From: a virus
Length of the DNA stretch: 64,000 bases
Direction: 5' to 3' (one strand)
IMG/VR virus record: IMGVR_UViG_3300050343_000255
Coordinates: 1 to 64,000 of that record
The notes beneath the pieces were generated by a model that did not search any database, was not told the origin of the DNA, and was given only the letters and a program-made list of their open reading frames with translations. Below are positions 38,190 through 47,955 of this stretch, piece after piece (within the stretch, counting starts at the first letter, position 1; each line of letters begins with the position of its first letter). The translations under genes were made by a program, and so were the position numbers.

Positions 38190-38928
38190 ATGACCCTACA
38201 AGTATTGCCTCCTGAACTTCTAGAGGCACCTAAAGACAGAATTGAAACTAAAGAACCCCAACCATACTGGAAACCTAGCTCACTCAAAGATGGAGAAAGT
38301 GAAGAGTTCCGATTGCTCGGATGCTACGAAACAGGGCACGCCATCATGGGATGGCAATATGCATCCGAAGCACGAGGCAATGACGGTGAACTTAAGTTCA
38401 ACGGTTACGTTGTCACTCGTACTCACCCTGGTAGCCCTGACGACATTGCTCGTGAAACCGACTGGTCTAAGCCCGACCGACCAAAAATTGATGGCTCCTA
38501 CGTCAAGCCACGTCGGTTTTTAGCTTGGGTTGGTACTTCTGCTGCCCGCAGTCGTATGGAAGTTCTGTTCATCGAACAGAAATCCTTGCGTGACCAACTA
38601 ACTGAAATCTTGCAAGAGATTGAAGACTATACCTGGACTGATGAAGGCTTAGCTAATTTCTCAATCAAGATCACTCGCAAAGGTGCAGGTCTTGAAACCT
38701 CTTACAGCATTCTTCCTAAGGTTCGCAAAGTCCCTGAAAAGATTGCAAAAGAATGGGAAACAACACGAGATAGTATCTGGCTACCAAATTTCTTTGAAGG
38801 GAAAGATCCTTTTGAAGGAAAGCAAACTGATGAAAAAGGTATTCCAGCTGGTGGAGTAGATAAACGTGGAAGTACTGTGCTTCCAACAAAAGCAAAAACT
38901 AAAAAACAAGAAGAAATCTGAATTCTAA
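38190..38928 (+). CDS. ssDNA-binding/annealing-like replication protein
   Basis: IKITRKGAGLETSYSILP motif; removing one A in the terminal A-run gives ...EESEF* coupled to the next ATG. Confidence 0.55.
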
Positions 38929-39113
38929 TGATCGAACTTAAAGTAGCTAAAAATGAATTGGGACTGTTTCAAGCTGATGCAGTTCTTACCTTGCCACCAT
39001 TGTGCATCTCATGCCAAAAAGCTGATCGAGATGATTTGGAGTATCAAATCCGAAATGATTTTCGTGAGCTAGTAGAAGAAATTGTACAAAAACAAATCAA
39101 AGACGAATTCTAA
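38928..39113 (+). CDS. Hypothetical protein
   Basis: 61 aa, TAATG-coupled. Confidence 0.55.
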   Translation: MIELKVAKNELGLFQADAVLTLPPLCISCQKADRDDLEYQIRNDFRELVEEIVQKQIKDEF

Positions 39114-39460
39114 TGACAAATTCAAATCTACAAAACCTGCCTCCTGAAATGCAGGCACGGTTAGCCGATATCCTTACACAAGCAAATGCTCTTGCTCCAA
39201 GCACTGCAGATAATACTGCTGTTAATAGTGTCGTACAAGCTAATCAAGTTCCTGCACGGGCTCCTTCCCTAATGGATCACACGATTGCTTTGCGCCAAGA
39301 AGTATCACAGCTGTCCCAACAAGTTTATGCAACTGGTCAAGTTGTAGAAGCAGTGGGTCAAGCTGTAGGAGAGTTATATCAACTCTTTCAAGCACAAACC
39401 GAAACTACAGATTACAGCTCAAATTATCAAACGCAACAAGGTGTAGATGGTGACTTCTGA
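39113..39460 (+). CDS. Hypothetical protein (...DGDF tail)
   Basis: 115 aa, coupled. Confidence 0.6.
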   Translation: MTNSNLQNLPPEMQARLADILTQANALAPSTADNTAVNSVVQANQVPARAPSLMDHTIALRQEVSQLSQQVYATGQVVEAVGQAVGELYQLFQAQTETTDYSSNYQTQQGVDGDF

Positions 39461-40220
39461 TCTTCCATACAGAATACAAACTTCCGCCGGACATAGAAAG
39501 TATCTATGCTCCGGCATTTATATGCCGAGTGTAACTACGGTTCTCTCGGCTACTGAAAGCGAAAAGTCCAAAGCTGGTCTTCGCAACTGGCAAAAGAATA
39601 ATCCGGGTGCGCTAGAGGCAGCATCAACTCGCGGCTCGGCTATTCACTTAGGTTGTGAAAATTATCTCCGTGGTTTAGACCCAGGTGTTCCTGAAGATTA
39701 TCTAGATTTCTGGAATGGTATGTCTTCTTACCTTGATTGGTTTGATACAATTCATTGGTCGGAGCGTCCTTTACGTCCCGATTGGAACCATCTAAGAAGT
39801 GATGATAGAGAAGTCGCATTTGTTTGGAGTACGGAGCATAAATATGCTGGATGTCCTGACCTTATTGGTGAAATCGGTGGAGTACGAGTTATTGCTGACT
39901 TTAAAACTAGCAATGCTCCTTACTGCGCTTCTTTTCCTGATCGTGGAGATCGAATTGGATTCGGTGGTTACCGAAAATATACGAAGTGTGCGCAGCAAAT
40001 GGCTGCATACAGATATGCACTAAACGAAAGAACAGGTTTCCTTTGTGATGTTGCCCTAATTATTGTCTCAACACCTGAGACAACCCAAGGCATCTTCATT
40101 GATGGCGATCAACTTGCGTTGCACGAATCACGTTTCCTGAAACGTTGTCAACAATTCCATGAAATAGATAATGAAACTACGGATTGCAGTACACAAAAGT
40201 TGCAAGAACAAGCAGAGTAA
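39447..40220 (+). CDS. PD-(D/E)XK exonuclease
   Basis: PSVTTVL, RGSAIH, YAGCPD...IADFKTS, Q.AAY. Confidence 0.85.
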   Translation: MVTSDLPYRIQTSAGHRKYLCSGIYMPSVTTVLSATESEKSKAGLRNWQKNNPGALEAASTRGSAIHLGCENYLRGLDPGVPEDYLDFWNGMSSYLDWFDTIHWSERPLRPDWNHLRSDDREVAFVWSTEHKYAGCPDLIGEIGGVRVIADFKTSNAPYCASFPDRGDRIGFGGYRKYTKCAQQMAAYRYALNERTGFLCDVALIIVSTPETTQGIFIDGDQLALHESRFLKRCQQFHEIDNETTDCSTQKLQEQAE

Positions 40221-42417
40221 ACCTGCACGCGATTGGCAAAATATATTAGAAGATATTGATTGGTTACTAGGTTGGGTTCAAAACGGCTATGGATGGTGTG
40301 CCACACACTTCAAAGCTCGTCATCGCAAGGCTGATAACTCAGCTGGCTCCAACATGGTCGTCATTGACTTTGACGGAGACACAACCCTTGCCAGATTTTG
40401 GTCAAGTGATACTGCTCGTCAATGGTGTGTAGCGACTTATACATCAGCTAGTCATACAGAAAGTGAGCACAGGTTTAGAGCCTTGTTCCCGCTTGGCAAA
40501 GAGCTTCTATCTACTGCTGAGCACAAGGGTGCTTATTGGTTAATCGTCAATCGTTTACTTGCAGAGCTAGAGCTCACTGAGCTTGCTGATAACTGTGGGC
40601 AAAAACCTGAACGACTGTGGTTTGGTAATACCAATGCAGATATTCACAAGAATGCTGAGTATGAGCCTGTCCCAGAATTTCTCCTCAATGACATCGCATA
40701 TGACGAGTCTTCTAACTTTGTATCCTCGGATGTAACTGATATAGACATACAGCGTTGCCAATGGTTGCTAGAAAGCTTTCTGACACCGTCTGATGATGGT
40801 CAGTATGAAACTTACTATGTACCAGTCATGGCAGCTTGTGCAGGCATTGGTGAGCCTGTATTTGATGCTTGGGTTAACTGGGTATTAAAAGGCCATCACG
40901 GTGAAAAACCTGAAAATATACAACCATTTAAATGGCGAGGTCTCGGAAACTTTTCAGGTCCAACTACACTATATTCACTTGCTAAAAAGCAAGATGCAGA
41001 CTGGGCACACAAGCTGCCATCACATCTTAGGTTTGGTGCAGTAGGTGCAGCTGCGGGATATACAGAGTTTGATCCAGTACAAGATATTGATCAGATAGTC
41101 CAAGATCATTTACAAACAAGGAGTAGTAGCAAATCAATGAATAATTCAGATGAATCCATTGTTCCAGAACCTTTACCTGATTCAAACCAAGTCAAAAAGC
41201 GTGGTCGTCCCAAAAAGAATGACGATGACTTAGCCAAGCAACGTGAATCAGATGTTCAAAAGGTTAAAGAGATTCTTCTCAACCTACGAAAGAATGAACT
41301 CACAGGAGCGATTGAGTACACACAGCCAGGTGGTGAAGCTGTCTTTCTTCAAGGTCAAGACCTAGACCTTATGACTACCAAGCTTGCTTGTGAAAACGGT
41401 GTATTCATTCCTGAGCAGCGGATCAAGTCTGCAATTCAATATGCAGCAAATCAAAATAGGTATTGCCCGATCCGTACCTACTTAGATAAATGTGCTGATA
41501 CCGCTGAACCTCACCCTGACTGGGACAACATTGGTGAAATTTTCCTAGGCAACAAACACAACATCTCTACTACAGCAATGCAGCGCATGATGATTGGTGC
41601 TGTAGCTAGGGCATATGACCCAGGCTGCACCATGTCTTGGCTGCCAATCCTGGTAGGCCCTCAAGGTGCTGGTAAATCAATGTTCTCCAGAAGCCTTGTA
41701 CCTCCTGCACTGTTTTCTGAGATCACAACACCTTTAGATACGCTCATGCGTGAGCAATATCGATTGCACGTGGCATGGCTGCTAGAGCTACCAGAGATTG
41801 ATAACTACTTCAATACAAGAAACATTGAGAACTTCAAAAACCTTGTTACTACACGAGTAGATGAAGTGCGTTATCCATACGCATCTCTACCTAGCAAACT
41901 ACCTAGGCGCTTCGTATTTATTGGTACTACCAACCGAAATCAATTCTTGGTTGACAGCACAGGTAACCGTAGATTTGTTCCACTCGAACTTGGGGCTGGT
42001 TTCCAAATTCCATGGAAAGAGCTGTGCAATGTACGAGATAGTCTGTGGGCTGCTGCAGTAGCTGCATATCGCAATAATGAAGGCTATGAGTTTACAAGTG
42101 GTGAGATCGCTGCTATATATGAATACATCCAAGAGTTTGGTGATCCAGACCCTTGGTTAGATAAGATCGCATCCTATGTAGCTATCCGAGAGGAAGTAAC
42201 TGCAGCAGATGTTCTTACAAATGCTCTCGAATTAGATCCTCGTAATCAAGGTCGTAGAGAAGGCAGACGTGTAGCTGATGTTCTTCAATCAATGGGTTGG
42301 AGAAGACTAGTAACAAGCAGGAAAGATCCGGCAACGGGTAAGTCCAAGTCTGTACGTGTGTGGCAACGTCCTAAGAATGATCCTCTATTAGAAGATCACA
42401 TTCTTAATGACTTCTAA
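40171..42417 (+). CDS. Primase-polymerase / VirE-type SF3 helicase fusion
   Basis: N-terminal DFD..TSASH..RFR AEP motifs, PriCT-like region, Walker A GPQGAGKS, FIGTTN, STGNRRF. Confidence 0.85.
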   Translation: MKLRIAVHKSCKNKQSKPARDWQNILEDIDWLLGWVQNGYGWCATHFKARHRKADNSAGSNMVVIDFDGDTTLARFWSSDTARQWCVATYTSASHTESEHRFRALFPLGKELLSTAEHKGAYWLIVNRLLAELELTELADNCGQKPERLWFGNTNADIHKNAEYEPVPEFLLNDIAYDESSNFVSSDVTDIDIQRCQWLLESFLTPSDDGQYETYYVPVMAACAGIGEPVFDAWVNWVLKGHHGEKPENIQPFKWRGLGNFSGPTTLYSLAKKQDADWAHKLPSHLRFGAVGAAAGYTEFDPVQDIDQIVQDHLQTRSSSKSMNNSDESIVPEPLPDSNQVKKRGRPKKNDDDLAKQRESDVQKVKEILLNLRKNELTGAIEYTQPGGEAVFLQGQDLDLMTTKLACENGVFIPEQRIKSAIQYAANQNRYCPIRTYLDKCADTAEPHPDWDNIGEIFLGNKHNISTTAMQRMMIGAVARAYDPGCTMSWLPILVGPQGAGKSMFSRSLVPPALFSEITTPLDTLMREQYRLHVAWLLELPEIDNYFNTRNIENFKNLVTTRVDEVRYPYASLPSKLPRRFVFIGTTNRNQFLVDSTGNRRFVPLELGAGFQIPWKELCNVRDSLWAAAVAAYRNNEGYEFTSGEIAAIYEYIQEFGDPDPWLDKIASYVAIREEVTAADVLTNALELDPRNQGRREGRRVADVLQSMGWRRLVTSRKDPATGKSKSVRVWQRPKNDPLLEDHILNDF

Positions 42418-42455
42418 CTACACTTTAATTAAGTAAATACATATTTTTAAGTTAA

Positions 42456-42692
42456 ATGAAATCCACAGATATCAAGATTGGTCAACGAGTATTTGTTGCG
42501 CCACATAATCGAATTGCATTAGTCGTAGGAAAGCCAGAGTATTACACTCCTCGTGCTCGTCTCGTTCGGATCAAGTTTGAAAATAGTACTAGGTTTGAAT
42601 ACAAACTCAACCACCAACTAGACCTACTGCCTACTGAGTACCAATACAAAGCACATGGTGGTAGTCACGTAAAGCCTGCTGGTGATTTTTGA
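42456..42692 (+). CDS. Small KOW/SH3-like protein (...AGDF tail)
   Basis: DIKIGQRVFV start. Confidence 0.5.
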   Translation: MKSTDIKIGQRVFVAPHNRIALVVGKPEYYTPRARLVRIKFENSTRFEYKLNHQLDLLPTEYQYKAHGGSHVKPAGDF

Positions 42693-43492
42693 TGCCTGAA
42701 TCACAGCCCAGTAAAAAAGTAGGTGGGCACACTTACGGTCGAAGAAATTTAAACATGTCTAATACCGCAGAAGAGGGAGCTCTCTGTCTCTATAGCGGTC
42801 ACTCCATAGGCAGGTTTAGCTCTTCTTCTATGCGCTATGACAGTCACCAAGCTTGTGTGCGCTGTGTAGCTGCTGCAAGAGAAGGGCGCATGTCTTTCAA
42901 TATTGATCGGCTTCTCAAAAAAGAACGTAAGCGTGCACTGAAATTCTGGTCAAAAGTTGATATTGGTCAACCTGATGACTGCTGGGAATGGCTTGGCTAT
43001 AGGTGCAAAACAAATGGCATGCCTCAATTTCCATGGAGGCGTCCAGGAATTAGTACCAGTACACAGCACCACCCACAAAGAGTTGCTATGTGGTTTACCT
43101 GGGGAGACCTTGGCTATACCGGAGTCAAGTCAACGTGTGGGAACAAGTACTGCTGTAACCCATTTCATCTTATACCCCAAAAGATTGGGGTTTTTGTTGA
43201 CTGCGATTCCTATCTAGAAAGTTTTGAGTTGGCTTGTGAACTTCACACCTTAAAGCAGCAAATTGCGGAATACAATTTAGAAGAAGCAATGAAAGAACAA
43301 GAGAAACTAATTAGTCAACAAGAACTTGAAGACCGATCAAATCTATTGTTCGAACCTGATTCAAATTTCTCAGACAGGTTCCAAGCTGTTGTGGAAGATA
43401 TGTTGAGTGGGAGACACCCAAGTCAACAAATCAAAATCCTAATAGTCTTTTTCAAGATGACGAGGAAAATACCACAGAAAACTTTTAATTAA
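42689..43492 (+). CDS. HNH (His-Cys-type) nuclease-like protein lacking the catalytic His
   Basis: FWSKVD..DDCWEW..QRVA..VKSTCGN..CCNPFHL. Confidence 0.65.
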   Translation: MMPESQPSKKVGGHTYGRRNLNMSNTAEEGALCLYSGHSIGRFSSSSMRYDSHQACVRCVAAAREGRMSFNIDRLLKKERKRALKFWSKVDIGQPDDCWEWLGYRCKTNGMPQFPWRRPGISTSTQHHPQRVAMWFTWGDLGYTGVKSTCGNKYCCNPFHLIPQKIGVFVDCDSYLESFELACELHTLKQQIAEYNLEEAMKEQEKLISQQELEDRSNLLFEPDSNFSDRFQAVVEDMLSGRHPSQQIKILIVFFKMTRKIPQKTFN

Positions 43493-43520
43493 TCTATCCT
43501 TAGTAAAGAGTCATAAGAAT

Positions 43521-43943
43521 ATGTCAAGACGAAGCGATCTTATTCAACAACTAATTTCATCCAAGAAATTTGGTCCTGAAAAGAAACAAGAGCAGGAGTT
43601 CCTCATGGCTACTGCAGAGTTGATTCTTTCTGACCTGATTAATATTGCACTTACTGGTGTTGAAAAAAGGGGAACTGGCTCATTAGTCATCAACCTTATG
43701 AATGACTCTACGACGTTCATGTGGCCTGAATCAATTGAGTTTGATTTGAAAACAGCTGAGCGAGAAGAAGACGAGGATATCGTTGACTTTCTACGTGATC
43801 TGCTTGAAGAAATCGAAACCAATGACTGGTCAAAAAATGTATTAATAACATTAATTAGCGATGCTGGAACAAGAACATTTGCAGTCGAAGCAGGTCGGTG
43901 CCAAGAGGGCCTTAGAGCGCTCGCAGAAGAATTTATCGGATAA
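43521..43943 (+). CDS. Hypothetical protein
   Basis: 140-aa ORF. Confidence 0.6.
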   Translation: MSRRSDLIQQLISSKKFGPEKKQEQEFLMATAELILSDLINIALTGVEKRGTGSLVINLMNDSTTFMWPESIEFDLKTAEREEDEDIVDFLRDLLEEIETNDWSKNVLITLISDAGTRTFAVEAGRCQEGLRALAEEFIG

Positions 43944-44529
43944 GCTTGCCGCCAAAGGTCTAAAGCTACCGTTATATCCGACACCTCAGATCATTGATCG
44001 AGCTCGTGCTGTCATGGGCAGTATCGACTTTGATCCAACTTCAGATCCTGTTCAACAGGTTCTTGTTGATGCAACATCCGTACCAAGCATTGAAGTCAAT
44101 CCTTTGCAGGAGCATTGGCACGGAAACGTATGGGTAGCACCTAAAGGAGCTGTACGTGATTGCCGGATTTGGCTTAATAAAACACTGAGTGAATATCGCA
44201 ATGGATATATTAATAGTTTTGTTTTATTCAGCAGTGCTTCAGAATTACTACGGGCTGCACCTGTTGTATGGGATTATCCAATCTGTATTCCGTTTAAACG
44301 GGTAAAGCAACTGCGTGCCACAGCTACTGGCTTTGAGCCAGTTTCTCCTTCTACTTGGAACCTAATCATATATGGTCCACCAATTAATCAAGCGCTAACT
44401 GATATTGACAAAGTCTCTCTGTTTTACGACAGCTTTAGAGACCTTGGTCGTGTCATCTATAGTGAATATGCAGGAGATGGTTGGAATAAAGATCTTGAGT
44501 ACTACGAAGAAAACAAAGGTAGTATTTGA
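43861..44529 (+). CDS. Phage N6-adenine methyltransferase-like protein with degenerate catalytic motif
   Basis: IIDRARAVMGSIDFDP...WHGNVWVAPKG (NPPY absent). Confidence 0.65.
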   Translation: MLEQEHLQSKQVGAKRALERSQKNLSDKLAAKGLKLPLYPTPQIIDRARAVMGSIDFDPTSDPVQQVLVDATSVPSIEVNPLQEHWHGNVWVAPKGAVRDCRIWLNKTLSEYRNGYINSFVLFSSASELLRAAPVVWDYPICIPFKRVKQLRATATGFEPVSPSTWNLIIYGPPINQALTDIDKVSLFYDSFRDLGRVIYSEYAGDGWNKDLEYYEENKGSI

Positions 44530-44942
44530 TGTCAAAACATATTGCACCGGACTGTCTGTTAACTCTTCCTTCTAACGATCGGGTTCATCCTTGTCGTTTG
44601 ATTTTAAAAGATGGCACACTAATGTGGAAACATGCACTCTTCTATGAAGATAGTCTTGCATGTATCCCAAAATCCGTTGCACATGAGAGGCACATAATAA
44701 AAACTGCTCAGCGCCTAGAGGAACTGAACAGTTGGATATCACAAGGATTAGAGCCTTGGAACTCTTTAACTATCAAAGGGTGGTATCAGCCTTTCAATCC
44801 TGAACTAAGTGAAGGTATATCTGTATGCTTTACACACAGTTCACATGAGCTTGATTTTACGTTTGAGAATTTATTGCCACACATCCAAGATCATGAGAAG
44901 CTTGAACTAAGAAAAAATTATCTATTCTTTCAACGCTGCTGA
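44526..44942 (+). CDS. Peptidase M15-like protein lacking Zn ligands
   Basis: W...IP...IIKTAQRLEE...I.GWYQP scaffold; H-x6-D motif absent. Confidence 0.45.
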   Translation: MMSKHIAPDCLLTLPSNDRVHPCRLILKDGTLMWKHALFYEDSLACIPKSVAHERHIIKTAQRLEELNSWISQGLEPWNSLTIKGWYQPFNPELSEGISVCFTHSSHELDFTFENLLPHIQDHEKLELRKNYLFFQRC

Positions 44943-44966
44943 CAACAAGGCCGCATATCTGCGGCT

Positions 44967-45284
44967 TTAATAGTTTAACGAATCAATCAACCTAGTAAGA
45001 TACCATTGTGCTTTTTCAGCATCTTCTTTACTGTTTGACTTATGCCACATACGCAATAAATACTTCAAGACTTGCGCTTGCAAAAATCCTTGCTTACAGC
45101 TCGGAGCTTTATCAATTGCATCTTCAATTACTTCAATTGCTTCATGGCGTCCTGCCGTGTAATGAGCAGGGCTATTTACCATGTCAGTTGTAACGGGCTC
45201 TGTATATTCCCAAGTACTGAACTTGCTATTACTAAACCCAGAAACATAATCACCGTTGCTAAAAAAGCTATTCTTTTCGTTCAT
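44967..45284 (-). CDS. DUF3310 protein
   Basis: DMVNSPAHY..EAIEVI..KYL.R..K...ED.EKAQWYL. Confidence 0.85.
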   Translation of the reverse strand: MNEKNSFFSNGDYVSGFSNSKFSTWEYTEPVTTDMVNSPAHYTAGRHEAIEVIEDAIDKAPSCKQGFLQAQVLKYLLRMWHKSNSKEDAEKAQWYLTRLIDSLNY

Positions 45285-45342
45285 GAGTTTGTCTCGCGTA
45301 TTGATTACTCCTTACTTAATATAGGAACTGGAATCATATATT

Positions 45343-45909
45343 GTGGATATGCCGAGCCCTAAAGGTGACCCGACTTACATCAAAAATAAAGAACGATTCT
45401 ACATGAACGTTGCAAAGGCAATTAGCCAAGCATCAACACATCCAAAATGTCCAGGTGGATGTATTATTGTTCGTGATAGAGAGATTATTGGAGATGGTAG
45501 AAGCATACTGACGGATAGCATGGTTGAAATCGATTGCATTTCATATGCAGTCGCAGCTGCAGCCAAGGCAGGAACTCCTGCCATTGGTGGTGTGATCTAT
45601 ACAACAAGATATCCATTTTCAACTTCTGTGTTTCAAGCACACATGATGGGTATCAAAAAGATTGTTCTACTTGCCCATGACTGGGAACCGTATTACAAAG
45701 AAGAGTTCAGACGTTCTGCACGTCTAGCTCGTGAATTGAACATTGCTATTGAGCCAATGTTTGAAGACGAAGACCCAAGATTTACTAAGAATTCAAATGA
45801 CAGAGATATTGACGAAACTCTCTTCCCGGAAGCAAACCCGTTTGCGCCAGATGAATATGATCCAAACAATGCAACACATACCTTCGATGAAAACACAACT
45901 CCTATTTGA
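45343..45909 (+). CDS. dCMP deaminase-like protein lacking HAE and PCxxC
   Basis: YM.VA..S..GCIIVRD..IIG.G...IYTT.YP..GIKKIV scaffold. Confidence 0.7.
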   Translation: MDMPSPKGDPTYIKNKERFYMNVAKAISQASTHPKCPGGCIIVRDREIIGDGRSILTDSMVEIDCISYAVAAAAKAGTPAIGGVIYTTRYPFSTSVFQAHMMGIKKIVLLAHDWEPYYKEEFRRSARLARELNIAIEPMFEDEDPRFTKNSNDRDIDETLFPEANPFAPDEYDPNNATHTFDENTTPI

Positions 45910-46411
45910 CCTTGAATCCACAGGCTTACTTCGACGTGGCTCCACAATTCACTGCATGGTTATGCGTGATGCTGTTGATAGCAGCACTCATGTCTTTGAT
46001 CACAAGCCTGAACGTGCATTGATTCAAGGCATCAAACAACTAGAAGATGCAGATGTAATCATCGGGCACAACATTATTGGATACGATATCCCATTGCTCA
46101 AAGAGCAGTATCCAGACTTTGAACCTAAGGGTCAAGCAATGGATACCCTTGTGCTTAGTCGTTTGTTCTATCCACACATCATGGATAGAGATCACGAACG
46201 TCGTCCACTTGGCATGCCTCAACGTTTGTATGGCAGGCACTCACTGGAAGCGTGGGGTTACAGGTTGAAGTGCTTCAAAGGTGACTTTGGTAAGCATGAT
46301 GGCAACTGGGCTGTCTATACACCTGAAATGCTGGATTACTGCATCCAAGACACCGAGGTCACCCTCAAACTATGGCAACTTATGCAACGGAGAATGAACG
46401 ACTATGCCTGA
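45887..46411 (+). CDS. 3'-5' exonuclease domain of a split PolA
   Basis: FDLESTG, GHNIIGYD, HSLEAWGYRL, YCIQD. Confidence 0.9.
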   Translation: MKTQLLFDLESTGLLRRGSTIHCMVMRDAVDSSTHVFDHKPERALIQGIKQLEDADVIIGHNIIGYDIPLLKEQYPDFEPKGQAMDTLVLSRLFYPHIMDRDHERRPLGMPQRLYGRHSLEAWGYRLKCFKGDFGKHDGNWAVYTPEMLDYCIQDTEVTLKLWQLMQRRMNDYA

Positions 46412-46661
46412 TAAAAATGCACCACTAACTTCTGAAGAAATTACAGAAGCAGCAGATATCTTTTTTCCGCTCTTTAATATTGTCGATGAGCGTATGCCTG
46501 AAACAGCATCTACAGAAGATACGTTGAAAGTTATGGAAAACATTGCTAAGTTGGCACAGAAGGAACGAATTAAAAAACGAGAAGAAGCTGTAAAGCTTAA
46601 GTTCGGATTTAATAAAACTACTGATTCAGATGAGGATACTGTCAAAGATGAAAGTGATTGA
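46404..46661 (+). CDS. Hypothetical protein inserted between the PolA halves
   Basis: 85 aa, overlaps both neighbours. Confidence 0.65.
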   Translation: MPDKNAPLTSEEITEAADIFFPLFNIVDERMPETASTEDTLKVMENIAKLAQKERIKKREEAVKLKFGFNKTTDSDEDTVKDESD

Positions 46662-47955
46662 TTCTGTCAAACTTGAAATGCGTATGGCCAGCATTATGGC
46701 CCAACAGGAAGCAAGCGGATTCCGTTTCGATCTAACCGCAGCTGAGCGAGTTCGTGGTGAGTTTGAACAAGAGATGTCTGATCTACAAGGTCAAATTTCT
46801 AAACGTTTTATTTATGTTCCTGGCAAGGTCTACACACCTAAGCGTTCAAATAAAACCAAGGGTTTTTTCGCTGGTGCTCCGATGACAAAGCTGCTCGACT
46901 TCAATGCAACGAGCCGTCAGCATATTGCGTGGGCTCTACAGAACTTCAGCAAAGCCAGGTTTATCAAGGTTACTGAGACCGGTAAGCCTAAAGTTGATGA
47001 AGCAACTCTGTCTGAGCTGCGAGATACCGCACTGCAGCAAGGGAATACCAAGCTGCATGAGGAGTGTGAGATGTTTATCCGCCTGCTGACTTTGCAGAAG
47101 TGGATGGGACAGTTGTCGGAAGGATCTAACTCATGGTTCAACACCATTGAGGATGACGGATGCATCCACCACAGCTGTTCACTGGCAACGATCAGCGGTA
47201 GAAATGCGCATCGGGGTCCCAACTTGGGGCAGGTCGTAAGTGCACCATGGGCACGTCAGCTATTCATTCCACACCCTGGCATGGTCATGGTGGGGGCTGA
47301 CTTAGAAGGACTCGAACTTCGGGCGCTTGGGCACTACCTAGCCGTCTTCGATGAGGGCGCTTTTGCTGATGTTGTGGTCAACGGTGACATTCATACGCAG
47401 AATGCAGAGCGAGTTGGATGTACCAGATCTGAGGTCAAGTCGCTGGTCTATGGGTTCATTTATGGGGCTGGCGATGTGAAGCTGGGTCATATTTTGCATC
47501 CCGAACTTAGTGACGCTCAGAAGAAATCTCTTGGCACAGAACTACGACGTAAGTTTCTTGATGCGATCCCTGGTCTAGAACCCCTGGTTGATGCAGTCAA
47601 AGCAAAAGTTCGTAGTGCTGGTCAGCTCAAAGCACTAGATGGTCGTCCAATCTTCTGCCGAGCAGAACACAGTTCACTCAACTTCCTGCTTCAGTCATGT
47701 GGTGCGATTTTGAGTAAGCGGTGGTGTGTCATCGGTCAAGACTTACTTGATCAAGCAGGGCTTGCCTATGACAACGACTACACCCGTTGTGCCTACGTCC
47801 ATGATGAAGTTCAACTGTCTGTTGTACCAGCAGAGGTAGACCGTGTCAAAGAGCTCCTAGTGGCTGCTGCTCCTCAAGCAGGGCGTTACTACAACTTCCG
47901 TGTTCCGATTACAGCTGCCGCTGATCACGGAGACAACTGGGCAGCTACCCACTAA
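46630..47955 (+). CDS. polA: Family A DNA polymerase (T7-like), polymerase domain
   Basis: Motif A DLEGLELR, motif B KSLVYGFIYG, motif C VHDE. Confidence 0.95.
   Translation: MRILSKMKVIDSVKLEMRMASIMAQQEASGFRFDLTAAERVRGEFEQEMSDLQGQISKRFIYVPGKVYTPKRSNKTKGFFAGAPMTKLLDFNATSRQHIAWALQNFSKARFIKVTETGKPKVDEATLSELRDTALQQGNTKLHEECEMFIRLLTLQKWMGQLSEGSNSWFNTIEDDGCIHHSCSLATISGRNAHRGPNLGQVVSAPWARQLFIPHPGMVMVGADLEGLELRALGHYLAVFDEGAFADVVVNGDIHTQNAERVGCTRSEVKSLVYGFIYGAGDVKLGHILHPELSDAQKKSLGTELRRKFLDAIPGLEPLVDAVKAKVRSAGQLKALDGRPIFCRAEHSSLNFLLQSCGAILSKRWCVIGQDLLDQAGLAYDNDYTRCAYVHDEVQLSVVPAEVDRVKELLVAAAPQAGRYYNFRVPITAAADHGDNWAATH

Noticed and set aside
44950-44965. GCCGC-atatct-GCGGC as another hairpin element copy
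   Set aside because: Same core but no RTGYYC box, and it lies between convergent gene ends; more likely a terminator or degenerate copy
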